NCBI GenBank assembly: GCA_017522615.1
Contig: JAFWYR010000023.1
Location: 996 to 64,995 of the forward strand
Direction of reading: 5' to 3'
Origin: Bacilli bacterium
GTDB lineage: Bacteria > Bacillota_I > Bacilli_A > RF39 > UBA660
DNA length: 64,000 bases
The notes beneath the pieces were generated by a model. That model searched no databases and had not been told where the DNA came from. It saw only the letters and a program-made list of their open reading frames with translations. Within the stretch, counting starts at the first letter, position 1, and every line of letters begins with the position of its first letter. The position numbers and the translations under genes are program-made. Of the stretch, positions 27,315-37,022 are shown one piece after another.

Positions 27315-27988
27315 TGAGTTTAATTAAATTAGAAAATCTATCTTTAGGCTATGATGGTATTCCAGTAATAAATAATATAAATTTAGAGATAGAAGAAAAT
27401 GATTTTGTATGCATTGTCGGTCCAAATGGCTCTGGTAAATCAACTTTAATAAAAGGAATAATAGGTCTTATTAAACCTATCAAAGGAAAAGTAGTATATG
27501 AAACCTTAAAGCAAAACTTCATAGGATATATGCCTCAAGAAACGACTGTAGACAAAAATTTTCCCGCATCTGTTTTTGAAATAGTTTTATCGGGAACTTT
27601 GAATAATTCAAAATTATTTTATACTGAAAAAGAAAGACAAGTCGCTTTAGACAATTTAAAAATATTAGGTATCGAGAACCTAAAAGATAAAAATTTTCCA
27701 GATCTATCTGGAGGTCAAAGACAAAAGGTACTTCTCGCAAGATCACTTTGTGCGACAACAAAACTATTAATACTAGATGAACCTTCTAATAATCTTGATA
27801 AAACATCTAAAAATGAATTATATAAAATCATAACCAAATTAAATAAAGAAAAAAATATAACAATTATAATGATAACTCATGATTTAGATCACGATAATTT
27901 GATTGGAAATAAAATATTATCCTTAAGAGAAAAAGACATCTTCTATGGAACAACAGAAGAGTTTGTAAGGAGGATTCACCATGAATAA
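27314..27988 (+). CDS. znuC: Metal ABC transporter ATP-binding protein
   Basis: Walker A GPNGSGKST, signature LSGGQRQ and Walker B LLILDEP. Confidence 0.85.
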   Translation: MSLIKLENLSLGYDGIPVINNINLEIEENDFVCIVGPNGSGKSTLIKGIIGLIKPIKGKVVYETLKQNFIGYMPQETTVDKNFPASVFEIVLSGTLNNSKLFYTEKERQVALDNLKILGIENLKDKNFPDLSGGQRQKVLLARSLCATTKLLILDEPSNNLDKTSKNELYKIITKLNKEKNITIIMITHDLDHDNLIGNKILSLREKDIFYGTTEEFVRRIHHE

Positions 27989-28802
27989 TATATTAGAATT
28001 ATTTTCATATTCCTTCATGACTAAAGCTCTTGTAGTAGGACTATTGATATCTATGTGTGCCTCTCTAATAGGCGTATCGATAGTATTAAAAAGAAATTCT
28101 ATGATAGGTGACGGTCTTTCACATGTTGGATTTGGAGCTTTTGCTATAGCTACTATATTTGGGTTTGCCCCATTAGAATTTGTCTTACCAGTAGTAATCG
28201 TAGTATCATTTCTAATACTTAAATTAAATGACAATAGTAAAGTTCATGGAGATTCAGCAATAGCTTTAATATCCGCAAGTTCCCTAGCTATAGGAACCTT
28301 TGCTATTTCTGTAACCAAAGGAGTAAATACGGACATCAATAACTTCTTATTTGGTAGTATCTTGTCTATAAATGATGCCGACGTATTAATAAGTATAATC
28401 TTAGGAATAACAGTAATATTACTATATATAATTTTCTATAATAAAATATTCGCTATTACCTTTGATGAAAAATTTGCTAAATCAATAGGTATTAATACAA
28501 ACTTATATAACATAATATTTGCCTGTCTTTGCTCAGTAACAGTAGTACTTGGAATGAGACTTATGGGTTCTCTATTAATATCTAGTCTAATTATTTTTCC
28601 AGCACTATCATCTATGCAAGTATTTAAAAGCTTTAAAAGTGTTGTAATTTCAAGTGTAATAATTGGAATAATATCATTCACATTAGGACTTATTTCTTCT
28701 TTCTACCTAGAAGCTCCAACTGGTTCCACAATAGTAATAATAAATTTAATAATATTTATAATATTTAAATTGATATCATACATAAAAGTGAGGTTAAAAT
28801 AA
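27981..28802 (+). CDS. znuB: Metal ABC transporter permease
   Basis: Polytopic membrane protein of the ZnuB/TroCD type, overlapping both neighbours. Confidence 0.8.
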   Translation: MNNILELFSYSFMTKALVVGLLISMCASLIGVSIVLKRNSMIGDGLSHVGFGAFAIATIFGFAPLEFVLPVVIVVSFLILKLNDNSKVHGDSAIALISASSLAIGTFAISVTKGVNTDINNFLFGSILSINDADVLISIILGITVILLYIIFYNKIFAITFDEKFAKSIGINTNLYNIIFACLCSVTVVLGMRLMGSLLISSLIIFPALSSMQVFKSFKSVVISSVIIGIISFTLGLISSFYLEAPTGSTIVIINLIIFIIFKLISYIKVRLK

Positions 28803-29758
28803 TGGACATTATAAAAAACATAAGTATAATATTTACATCTATATTTTTTGAAAGTCTGCCTTTCTTACTATTAGGTTCCTTAATATCAGCTATTATTGAA
28901 ACATACGTATCTAATGAAACAATTGCGAAAATTATTCCAAAAAATAAAATACTTGGTTCAATCGTTGGAGTATGTTTAGGATTTTTTCTCCCAGCATGCG
29001 ACTGTGCGGTCATACCTGTTTCTAAAAGACTTTTAAAGAAGAAAGTTCCAGTCAATGTAGCAATTTCATTTATGTTAGCTTCACCGATAATAAATCCTGT
29101 CGTACTACTCTCTACATATTATGCTTTCTATAAAACTAATCCCAATATATTCTTCTGCCGACTATTATTTGGTATTATTATATCTTTAATAATTGGCATA
29201 ATAATGGGAATAGTATATGGGAAAAAAGAAGTAACGACAAACAATATCGAAGATTGTGAATGTCATAAACACGAAGAAATTGATGAAGACTTTATGGATT
29301 TAGCTGAAGAATTGGGCGAAGTAGAGTGTGATTGTCATCATGGACCACACAGTTTAAAAAACGATATATTAAACATCTTTAAACATACAGCTTATGATAT
29401 GTTTGAAGTGATTAAATATTTAATGTTTGGTGCTTTACTAGCAAGCTTTATTCAAGTATTATTACCGAGAAATGTCTTACTAATATTTAAAGAAAATAAA
29501 ATACTATCGGTAGTAATAATGATGATATTTGCCTATCTTATATCTTTATGCTCTACATCAGATTCATTTGTTGGAAAATCACTATTATCTTCATTTAATC
29601 AAAATGCAATAATAGCTTATTTACTTCTTGGACCGATGATAGATATTAAAAATACCATTGTCTTATTAGGTAATTATAAAAAGAATTTCGTCATAACTTT
29701 AATATCTCTAATATTTATCACAATCTTTATATTTAGTATGGTGGTGATAAAAATATGA
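28802..29758 (+). CDS. Permease (DUF318/ArsP_1-like) with Cys/His-rich cytoplasmic loop
   Basis: Polytopic protein with FFLPACDCAVIP and LCSTSDSF membrane Cys motifs. The central loop reads CECHKHEEIDEDF...ECDCHHGPH. Confidence 0.6.
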   Translation: MDIIKNISIIFTSIFFESLPFLLLGSLISAIIETYVSNETIAKIIPKNKILGSIVGVCLGFFLPACDCAVIPVSKRLLKKKVPVNVAISFMLASPIINPVVLLSTYYAFYKTNPNIFFCRLLFGIIISLIIGIIMGIVYGKKEVTTNNIEDCECHKHEEIDEDFMDLAEELGEVECDCHHGPHSLKNDILNIFKHTAYDMFEVIKYLMFGALLASFIQVLLPRNVLLIFKENKILSVVIMMIFAYLISLCSTSDSFVGKSLLSSFNQNAIIAYLLLGPMIDIKNTIVLLGNYKKNFVITLISLIFITIFIFSMVVIKI

Positions 29759-30585
29759 AAAAACGTTTTTTAGGAATTATATGTCTCTTATACTGCTCAA
29801 TAATTTTATATGTTTGGATAAGCGGAATTTTAAAGAACTTTTTAGCACCGCAAATGCAAATATATTTAAAATTATCTATATTACCGTTATTTTTAATGGG
29901 AATAATCTTACTATTTAATGGTAATGTTCATTACAAATTTAAAATTAGTGATTTAGTTTTAATTCTTCCATTAATTATGTTAATAATGTCACAAGATGGA
30001 AGATTAACCATGAGCTTTGCTGGTAACAGGATGACTAATTTTGCAACTTCAAACAAAAATTCAGAAGTAAAAGAAGATAATATAGAAGAAAAAACTCCAG
30101 AAGTTGAAAAAGTAGATGAAAAAGCACCAGAAGTTGAAAAAGTAGATGAAAACGCCGAGATATATTTTGATATTGTAGATGAAAACTATATGGACCTCGC
30201 CAACTATATTACCTTTGCTCCTAAAACTGATAAATTTATTGGAAAAACTATCAAAGTTAAAGGATTTATAAACACTAGCGAAGACTATATTCCAAATGGC
30301 TTTTATGCGATTGGAAAATATGCCATTAGTTGCTGTGCAGCTGATGCCGGGTTTGTCGGATTTATAGTAAAAAAAGATGATACAAAAATAAATGACAAGG
30401 GATGGTATGAAATTGAAGGCATTTTAGAAAAATCAAAAGATGTTGCTGGATATGATATTCTAACAATAAAACCGACAAACATAAAACAGATAGATGACAA
30501 CAAAGAAGAACAATATGTTTATCCTTGTTATAGTTACGGGGATGGTTCATGCAATGCAGTAGGAAAATATAACATTGGAAATTGA
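29755..30585 (+). CDS. TIGR03943-like membrane protein (partner of the DUF318 permease)
   Basis: N-terminal TM helices are followed by a C-terminal domain with AISCCAADAGFVGF, a motif I associate with the TIGR03943 family. It overlaps the upstream permease gene. Confidence 0.55.
   Translation: MKKRFLGIICLLYCSIILYVWISGILKNFLAPQMQIYLKLSILPLFLMGIILLFNGNVHYKFKISDLVLILPLIMLIMSQDGRLTMSFAGNRMTNFATSNKNSEVKEDNIEEKTPEVEKVDEKAPEVEKVDENAEIYFDIVDENYMDLANYITFAPKTDKFIGKTIKVKGFINTSEDYIPNGFYAIGKYAISCCAADAGFVGFIVKKDDTKINDKGWYEIEGILEKSKDVAGYDILTIKPTNIKQIDDNKEEQYVYPCYSYGDGSCNAVGKYNIGN
30097..30150 (+). repeat. In-frame 30-nt tandem duplication inside the TIGR03943-like gene
   Basis: CCAGAAGTTGAAAAAGTAGATGAA occurs twice with a 30-nt period, encoding PEVEKVDEKA/PEVEKVDENA. 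Confidence 0.9.
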
Positions 30586-30588
30586 TAA

Positions 30589-30612
30589 AGGTTAGAAATT
30601 CTAACCTTTTTA
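30589..30612 (+). terminator. Rho-independent terminator ending the zur-znu-permease operon
   Basis: AGGTTAG...CTAACCT hairpin followed by TTTTT. Confidence 0.75.
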
Positions 30613-30667
30613 AATTATATATATGAAAAATTAATAAAAATTGTTATAATTATATTGGAGGTATAAC

Positions 30668-31336
30668 ATGAAAAAGAAAATAATAATTGCTATTTTTATT
30701 TTATTAACTTTTGCCATTGGATTAGTTATCGGAACATCTATGCAGCCAAGCTTATCTAAACTACCAAAACCAGAAGTAACAGGTGGTCAAAGAGGAACAC
30801 TCGGAATAGACAAAAATATAAACGAAGAAAACATCGATAAATATTTAGGAAGAAAAGATTCTGTATATAGAGATATGAGAATGTTAAAAGATCCGGGAAA
30901 TTATGAAGCTATTGGAGGAGATTCATATCTATCAGGATTTATCAAGGGATTTGAAGTAGTACCATTCCCGTTAATAACTAAACCTAAAGGACTTCCAGAA
31001 GAAGTCGGAGAAGGATATACAGGTAAGACATTATTTACCGAAAATGAAGATGGAACATATAAAGCCAATTATGAAGAATCTATAAAATTTTTAGAGTACT
31101 ATTTTCCAAAAGATAAATATATCTTCCTAATATGCGGAGGTGGAGGATATGCCGGAATGACTAAAAAACTTTTAGTATCATTAGGATGGGACAAAGATAA
31201 AATTTATAACATAGGTGGATACTGGTCATATGATGGAAAAAATAAAGTACAAGTTAAAAATGGAAAAGACACATACGATTTTTGGAAAGTTCCATATCAC
31301 GATATCAATTTTGAAAGTTTAAAAGAGGTTAACTGA
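30668..31336 (+). CDS. Membrane-anchored rhodanese-like domain protein
   Basis: N-terminal TM anchor. YIFLICGGGGYAGMTKKLLVSLGWDKDKIYNIGGYWSY fits the rhodanese active-site-loop and C-terminal GG..W pattern. Confidence 0.45.
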   Translation: MKKKIIIAIFILLTFAIGLVIGTSMQPSLSKLPKPEVTGGQRGTLGIDKNINEENIDKYLGRKDSVYRDMRMLKDPGNYEAIGGDSYLSGFIKGFEVVPFPLITKPKGLPEEVGEGYTGKTLFTENEDGTYKANYEESIKFLEYYFPKDKYIFLICGGGGYAGMTKKLLVSLGWDKDKIYNIGGYWSYDGKNKVQVKNGKDTYDFWKVPYHDINFESLKEVN

Positions 31337-31788
31337 TGAAAAAAATATTATATATTATACTCATTATAACCATAATTTTTTTAGGAGGATGTTCTAATAA
31401 AAAGTATGATGGTAAAAAGTTTTATATAGAAGATAAATATTATAGTAAAAATGAATTTATCAAAATTTCCAATCTATCAAAAGTAAAAAATGAAAGTTAT
31501 ATTTTATTCACATATAATAGCTACTGTAATTTAGCTAAACCATGTGAAGAAACATTTAGAGAATTTATGAAAAAGTATGATATAGCTTTTCTTTCCATTC
31601 CATATGAAGATTTTAAGAAAACCGATTTATATCAAACGGTTAAATACGCACCATCTATAATCATAGTAAAAGATGGAACAATAGTATCATATCTAGATGC
31701 CAATTCTGATGATGATCTGGATAAATATCAGGATTTAGAAGTATTTGAAAAATGGATAAAGAAATATATAAAAACTAAAAAGAGCTAA
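31336..31788 (+). CDS. Lipoprotein, thioredoxin-fold-like
   Basis: Lipobox FLGGC. YILFTYNSYCNLAKPCEE and APSIIIVKDGTIV resemble a Trx-like fold. Its start overlaps the upstream stop (ATGA). Confidence 0.4.
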   Translation: MKKILYIILIITIIFLGGCSNKKYDGKKFYIEDKYYSKNEFIKISNLSKVKNESYILFTYNSYCNLAKPCEETFREFMKKYDIAFLSIPYEDFKKTDLYQTVKYAPSIIIVKDGTIVSYLDANSDDDLDKYQDLEVFEKWIKKYIKTKKS

Positions 31789-31864
31789 TTTGCTCTTTTT
31801 AATTATTAAAAAACAATACAAATTACAATATAAATGTTATAATATATATAAGGAAGGGCGGAAT

Positions 31865-32398
31865 ATGAAATGTACTTTAAATGAACATAAAAATAAACCA
31901 TATAAAATAGTTACTAATTATTTAAAAGTTCAAGACTATTGTTTTGAAATAAGTGGAGAAGATATAGATAAATGTCAGATAACGTATAGCTTTGATAACT
32001 ATAAAAGTGTTTTATACGACGATGGTAAAGAAGTGGAAACAAAAATAAAACCATTAATTAGTATCGAATTATCTGGTTTCAAAGAAAAAGAAGAGGCTAG
32101 TATTTCTCTATCCTTAGGTACTGATATAGAAACACTTAATAAATATCCTTCAAAACCAATAGAAATTACAGACATGGTTATCGATGGTGAATCTTTCATC
32201 AAATATCCAAAAGAAAAATTAATTGGATTTCTAGATTTAGATAGACCTAAAAACAATATAGATGACATGTATATCAATTATCCAAGTATTTGGTTTTATA
32301 AAATTAGTAAAAATATATTTATGTTTAAAGTAGTAATTCCGAATTCTGTATTTGCCTACTTTAAAGTCGATTTCAATGAGGAGGTAGATCATGACTAA
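31865..32398 (+). CDS. Hypothetical protein (178 aa)
   Basis: ATG 31865 follows AAGGAAGGG. It overlaps the next ORF by 8 nt. No motif recognised. Confidence 0.4.
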   Translation: MKCTLNEHKNKPYKIVTNYLKVQDYCFEISGEDIDKCQITYSFDNYKSVLYDDGKEVETKIKPLISIELSGFKEKEEASISLSLGTDIETLNKYPSKPIEITDMVIDGESFIKYPKEKLIGFLDLDRPKNNIDDMYINYPSIWFYKISKNIFMFKVVIPNSVFAYFKVDFNEEVDHD

Positions 32399-32795
32399 AG
32401 AAAAGCAATTAAAAGACTATGAAAAAGTAATTGAATTTTATATAAAAATTTACAAAGACCGCGGAGTGAGTGAAGATAAATTAAGAGAAGTATGTTATAA
32501 AAAAACAGAAGAATTATTTAAGCAGCATAAAGATAATCCCAACTTTAACATAATAAAAGATATTAAATATGACTGGTTCATAAAAAATGAAATAACAAGA
32601 ACTATAATTGATAATACAAAGCATTTAAAAGTAGATACAGAAATGGTTGAAAAAATCAATAAATACCTTCGTACAGTTCGTTTGTTGAAAGATAATAATA
32701 CTAAAGTCAATAAAAATGCTATATCTGAAAAAATGAACATCTCATTAGATGAATTAAAAGAGATAGAAGATTTTTATAAATCTTTAGACAAATAG
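32391..32795 (+). CDS. Hypothetical small helical protein with possible C-terminal HTH
   Basis: The C-terminal NKNAISEKMNISLDELKEIEDFY looks like a sigma region 4/HTH-like segment. Weak call. Confidence 0.35.
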   Translation: MTKEKQLKDYEKVIEFYIKIYKDRGVSEDKLREVCYKKTEELFKQHKDNPNFNIIKDIKYDWFIKNEITRTIIDNTKHLKVDTEMVEKINKYLRTVRLLKDNNTKVNKNAISEKMNISLDELKEIEDFYKSLDK

Positions 32796-32805
32796 GAAAA
32801 TAATA

Positions 32806-33609
32806 ATGAAAATTTTAGATGGAAAAGCATACAGTGAAGAATTAATTAATAATTACAAGAAATTAACTTCAGGTAAAAGTATAACTCTAGGAATAATAAC
32901 TTCAGAAGAAGACGATTCAAAAATATACTTAAATGGTAAAATAAAAGCTTGTAAGCAAACAAATATCAAAGTAAAGATATTTAAAGTAAAAAGTGAAAAT
33001 GAACTGCCACCGTTAATAAAAAAATTAAATAATGATAACATAACAGGCATACTCATCGATAATTCACTACCTAATTTTTTAGATATAATAAATCTACTAT
33101 CTAAAGAAAAAGACGTCGAAGGTTTAACGCAAGAAAATATATATGACTTATATATGGGAAGAGAAAAAATAGTTCCATGTACAGCTAAAGGAATTATTAA
33201 ATTATTAAAAAAATATAAAATAGAAATAAGAGGAAAAAATGTCGTTATAATAGGACGAGGTATAACGACAGGAAAACCACTAATGCACGCCTTAGAAAAT
33301 AGAGATGCGACTGTTACATTATGCCATTCTAAGACAAAAAACTTAAAAGAAATATTCAAACAAGCCGATATACTAATAAGTATGGTAGGAAAACCAAATA
33401 TGATAAATAAAAATATGGTAAAAAAAGGCTTCATAGGAATAGATGCCGGAATTAATAAAGTAGATGGAAAGATAGTTGGAGACTTTAATTTTAAAGATGT
33501 AAGCTCATCTGCTTCATATATAACTAAAGTTCCTGGCGGAGTAGGACCTATGACAACAGCAATGTTAATAGAAAATTTAATTGAATTATATAATGCGGGG
33601 GGAAAGTAG
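32806..33609 (+). CDS. folD: Bifunctional methylenetetrahydrofolate dehydrogenase/cyclohydrolase
   Basis: VIIGRGITTGKPLMHAL, TLCHSKT and VPGGVGPMTTAMLIENL motifs. Confidence 0.9.
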   Translation: MKILDGKAYSEELINNYKKLTSGKSITLGIITSEEDDSKIYLNGKIKACKQTNIKVKIFKVKSENELPPLIKKLNNDNITGILIDNSLPNFLDIINLLSKEKDVEGLTQENIYDLYMGREKIVPCTAKGIIKLLKKYKIEIRGKNVVIIGRGITTGKPLMHALENRDATVTLCHSKTKNLKEIFKQADILISMVGKPNMINKNMVKKGFIGIDAGINKVDGKIVGDFNFKDVSSSASYITKVPGGVGPMTTAMLIENLIELYNAGGK

Positions 33610-33610
33610 T

Positions 33611-34549
33611 ATGGAAGATATAAAATTAATAGAAGATGTTAAAGCAAGTATGCCGGAAAGTATTGCCGCAATTGGGTATGGCTCAGGAGTATTTAGACAA
33701 AAAGGATACGCCGAAAACGAAGTGCCTGATAAAGATATAATCTTAGTCGTCGATGACTTTGGAAACTTTTTATCAGAAGATTTTGAAATGCATCCTGAAC
33801 ATTTTTCGGATGATTTTGACAAAAGAGTATTAAATAAAAAAAGAAAAAGATACTATGATAATCTAGGTTGTTTAAAATTTTATAAAGATAATATTCATTA
33901 TAAAGTAATGGTTATATCAAAAAAAGCTCTAGAACACGATTTAACCACATGGAGCCATTTTGGTATGGCTGGAAGATTAACTAAACCGATACTATATAAT
34001 ACAGCAAGTTTACCAGGTGAATTAGATTCATTAATACATCAAAATAGAACAAATGCCTTAATAACCGCATTATTGTTCAACACTTCGGATAAAATAGATA
34101 GAAAAGATTTATATAGAACAATATCAAAAATGACCTATATGTATGACTTTAGAACCATCCTTCCGGGAGAGAAAAAAACTAAATCAGATGACATAGTTGA
34201 AGGGGCAATAGACTGGTTTGATTCATATTATCTATATAATGAAATACTATCAGAAAATCCAATTATGGATATCGATGGAAATACTTTTATAAATAAACAT
34301 CCCATAGAATTAATTGATAGACTTCCTAATAGTTTGTCAAACTATATCAAAAGAAAATTAAAAGTCTCGTCATCTGAAGAGTTGTCCAAAAAAGATATAG
34401 ATATAATTAGTAAAATAATTAATAATTATTTATTTAGAACAAATCTTATTAATTCTATTAGACTAGCTATCGCAAGTTCTTCAACACTTGGGCCAAAAGA
34501 GACTATAAAACATGGATTACAGAAATTCCAGAAACATTTAAAAAAATAA
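33611..34549 (+). CDS. Tam41/Mmp37-family protein (Tam41-type CDP-diacylglycerol synthase-like)
   Basis: IAAIGYGSGVFRQKGY...DIILVVDDFGNFLSEDFEMHPEHFS matches the Tam41 N-terminal signature (YGSGVF.Q ... D.i.vV.d ... H..N....HYS). Confidence 0.6.
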   Translation: MEDIKLIEDVKASMPESIAAIGYGSGVFRQKGYAENEVPDKDIILVVDDFGNFLSEDFEMHPEHFSDDFDKRVLNKKRKRYYDNLGCLKFYKDNIHYKVMVISKKALEHDLTTWSHFGMAGRLTKPILYNTASLPGELDSLIHQNRTNALITALLFNTSDKIDRKDLYRTISKMTYMYDFRTILPGEKKTKSDDIVEGAIDWFDSYYLYNEILSENPIMDIDGNTFINKHPIELIDRLPNSLSNYIKRKLKVSSSEELSKKDIDIISKIINNYLFRTNLINSIRLAIASSSTLGPKETIKHGLQKFQKHLKK

Positions 34550-34609
34550 TCCTTTTTACTAAAAAATAAAAATATGATATAATCTAACTGCGTTATGGAG
34601 GTGTGACGA

Positions 34610-35191
34610 ATGAAAATTAAATCAGTCGACTTAACCATATCGGCTATCAGACGTAGTCAATATCCTGAAGATAATAAACCAGAATATCTATTAATTGGAA
34701 GATCTAATGTCGGTAAAAGTAGTTTTATAAACACAATGGTAAATAGAAAAAACTATGCACGAACATCTAGTAGACCTGGTAAAACACAAACTATTAATTT
34801 CTATAATATAAATGATGAATTTTATTTTGTAGACGCACCAGGATATGGTTATGCGAAAGTAAGTAAAACCAAGAGAAAAAAATTTGGTTTAATGATTGAA
34901 GATTACATAATAAATAGAAAAAATTTAAGATGTGTATTTCTACTTATTGATTTCAGACATAGACCCACTAACGATGATATTTTAATGTATAATTTTCTAA
35001 AATATTATAAAATTCCAACAGTAATAGTTGGTACTAAATCTGATAAAATTGGAATTACATCTAATCAAAGACAAAGAAATATGATTATAAATGATTTAGA
35101 TCTAGTTGTAGGTGATGAATTCATTACTTTCTCAAGTATTACCAAAGACGGAAAAGAAGATGTTTATAAGAAAATAGAACGTACAATGTAA
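34610..35191 (+). CDS. engB: Ribosome biogenesis GTPase EngB/YsxC
   Basis: GRSNVGKSSFIN (G1), DAPGYG (G3) and TKSDK (G4), with the typical ~195 aa size. Confidence 0.9.
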   Translation: MKIKSVDLTISAIRRSQYPEDNKPEYLLIGRSNVGKSSFINTMVNRKNYARTSSRPGKTQTINFYNINDEFYFVDAPGYGYAKVSKTKRKKFGLMIEDYIINRKNLRCVFLLIDFRHRPTNDDILMYNFLKYYKIPTVIVGTKSDKIGITSNQRQRNMIINDLDLVVGDEFITFSSITKDGKEDVYKKIERTM

Positions 35192-35229
35192 ACTATCAAG
35201 TTATAATTATTTTCATAAACTATTATTAG

Positions 35230-35703
35230 GTGATGAAAATGAAAATTATCGTTGATGACGATATTACTATTTTTTTGTGTAAAGATTATGTAAAAAGAAT
35301 AGATATAAATAATAAAGAAAGCATTGAAAATTTTATAAAGAAAATAAATGATAATTATAGTATAAACTTAGAAGGATGTTTAGACATAAATATATATCGT
35401 GATATTTATTATGGACTTATTATAAATATAAAAAAAGACTTTGACTATTTTGACTATTTTAAAAATGATATTGAAATGAATATCAAAATAGAAGATAGTA
35501 TTTTTTTATATAAAATAGAAAATATCGATAAATACTTATTAGATAATATGACGATATATAAAGATAAAGAAAACATCTATATCAAGCCAAATAGTAAAAT
35601 ATTTTTAGGAAAAATAATTGAAAATTCAAAAGTAATATATGGTGATATGGCAAAAAGAATTATTAAAACAAGTAAAATAATAAATACGGAGGTGATAATA
35701 TGA
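35230..35703 (+). CDS. Hypothetical protein (possible MecA-like adaptor N-terminal resemblance)
   Basis: MKIIVDDDITIFLCKDYVKRIDI loosely resembles the MecA start (M.IE....I.IFL...DL). Otherwise unassigned. It overlaps the der start. Confidence 0.35.
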   Translation: MMKMKIIVDDDITIFLCKDYVKRIDINNKESIENFIKKINDNYSINLEGCLDINIYRDIYYGLIINIKKDFDYFDYFKNDIEMNIKIEDSIFLYKIENIDKYLLDNMTIYKDKENIYIKPNSKIFLGKIIENSKVIYGDMAKRIIKTSKIINTEVII

Positions 35704-37013
35704 AAAGAAACGATGTTGCTTTAGTTGGAAGACCAAACGTTGGGAAATCGACTCTATTTAATAGACTAGTTGGAAGTAGGGAAGCTATTATAGAAGATAC
35801 ACCAGGAGTAACGAGAGATAGAATATATGGAACTGTTAAATTTGAAAATCATATCTTTCATCTTATAGATACAGGTGGAATAGAAATCACTAAGGGATCT
35901 TTCAACGAAGAGATTAAAGGACAAGCTGAAATAGCCATTGATGAAGCAGATGTTGTACTATTTGTTGTCGATGGTAAAGAAGGACTCACCACAAGTGACT
36001 ATAGTGTAAGGGACATTTTATTAAAAAGTGGTAAAAAGATAATAGTTGTAATAAACAAATCAGATTCAAAATTATTTAAAGATAATCAATATGATTTTTA
36101 TAATCTAGGCTTCGATAATTATGCTTGCATAAGTGCTGAACAAAATAGAGGAATATATGAATTATTAGAGATGACCACTAAAGACTTTAAAGAAAGTAAA
36201 GAAGAATATGATGAAAATACTATTAAATTTTCAATTATTGGAAGACCAAATGTTGGAAAAAGCTCAATGGTAAATGCTATTCTTAATGAAGAAAGAGTAA
36301 TAGTAAGCGATGTTGCTGGAACAACCAGAGATGCCGTAGATACCCCATTTACATATCATGGAAAAGACTTCGTAGTAATAGATACAGCCGGTATGAGAAA
36401 AAGGGGTAAAATATATGAAAATGTCGAAAAATATAGTTTACTTAGATCACTAAAAGCAATAGATAGATCAGATGTGTGCGTCATAGTTATAAATGCCGAA
36501 GAAGGAATAATTGAACATGACAAGCATATTGCTGGATATGCCATAGAAGCAGGTAAAGCCGTTATATTGGCTGTTAATAAATGGGATTTAATCGAAGATA
36601 AAGATAAAATGATGAAACACTTCATAAAAGATATTAGAAATCAATTTCAATTTATTCCTTATGCTCCAATAGTATTTTTATCAGCTTTAACTAGAAAAAG
36701 AATTCACACTTTAATGCCACAAATTACTAAAGTAAACGAAAACGCTCATAGAGAGATAAAGACAAGTGCATTAAATAATGTAATAACAGATGCATATGCC
36801 TTAAATCTACCTCCAACATACAAAAACAAAAGATTAAAAATCTATTTTTCAAATCAAGTTAATACCTGCCCTCCCACATTTAATATTTCAGTAAATAGTA
36901 AAGGACTAGTTCATTTCTCATATAAAAGATACTTAGAAAACAAAATAAGAGAAAACTTTGATTTTGAAGGAACACCTATAGTAATTCAATTTAAAAGTAA
37001 AGGTGAACAATAA
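35700..37013 (+). CDS. der: Ribosome-associated GTPase Der/EngA (tandem GTPase domains)
   Basis: Two G-domains (GRPNVGKSTLFN...DTGG...NKSD and GRPNVGKSSMVN...DTAG...NKWD) plus a KH-like C-terminus. Confidence 0.95.
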   Translation: MKRNDVALVGRPNVGKSTLFNRLVGSREAIIEDTPGVTRDRIYGTVKFENHIFHLIDTGGIEITKGSFNEEIKGQAEIAIDEADVVLFVVDGKEGLTTSDYSVRDILLKSGKKIIVVINKSDSKLFKDNQYDFYNLGFDNYACISAEQNRGIYELLEMTTKDFKESKEEYDENTIKFSIIGRPNVGKSSMVNAILNEERVIVSDVAGTTRDAVDTPFTYHGKDFVVIDTAGMRKRGKIYENVEKYSLLRSLKAIDRSDVCVIVINAEEGIIEHDKHIAGYAIEAGKAVILAVNKWDLIEDKDKMMKHFIKDIRNQFQFIPYAPIVFLSALTRKRIHTLMPQITKVNENAHREIKTSALNNVITDAYALNLPPTYKNKRLKIYFSNQVNTCPPTFNISVNSKGLVHFSYKRYLENKIRENFDFEGTPIVIQFKSKGEQ

Positions 37014-37022
37014 CAAAAATAG

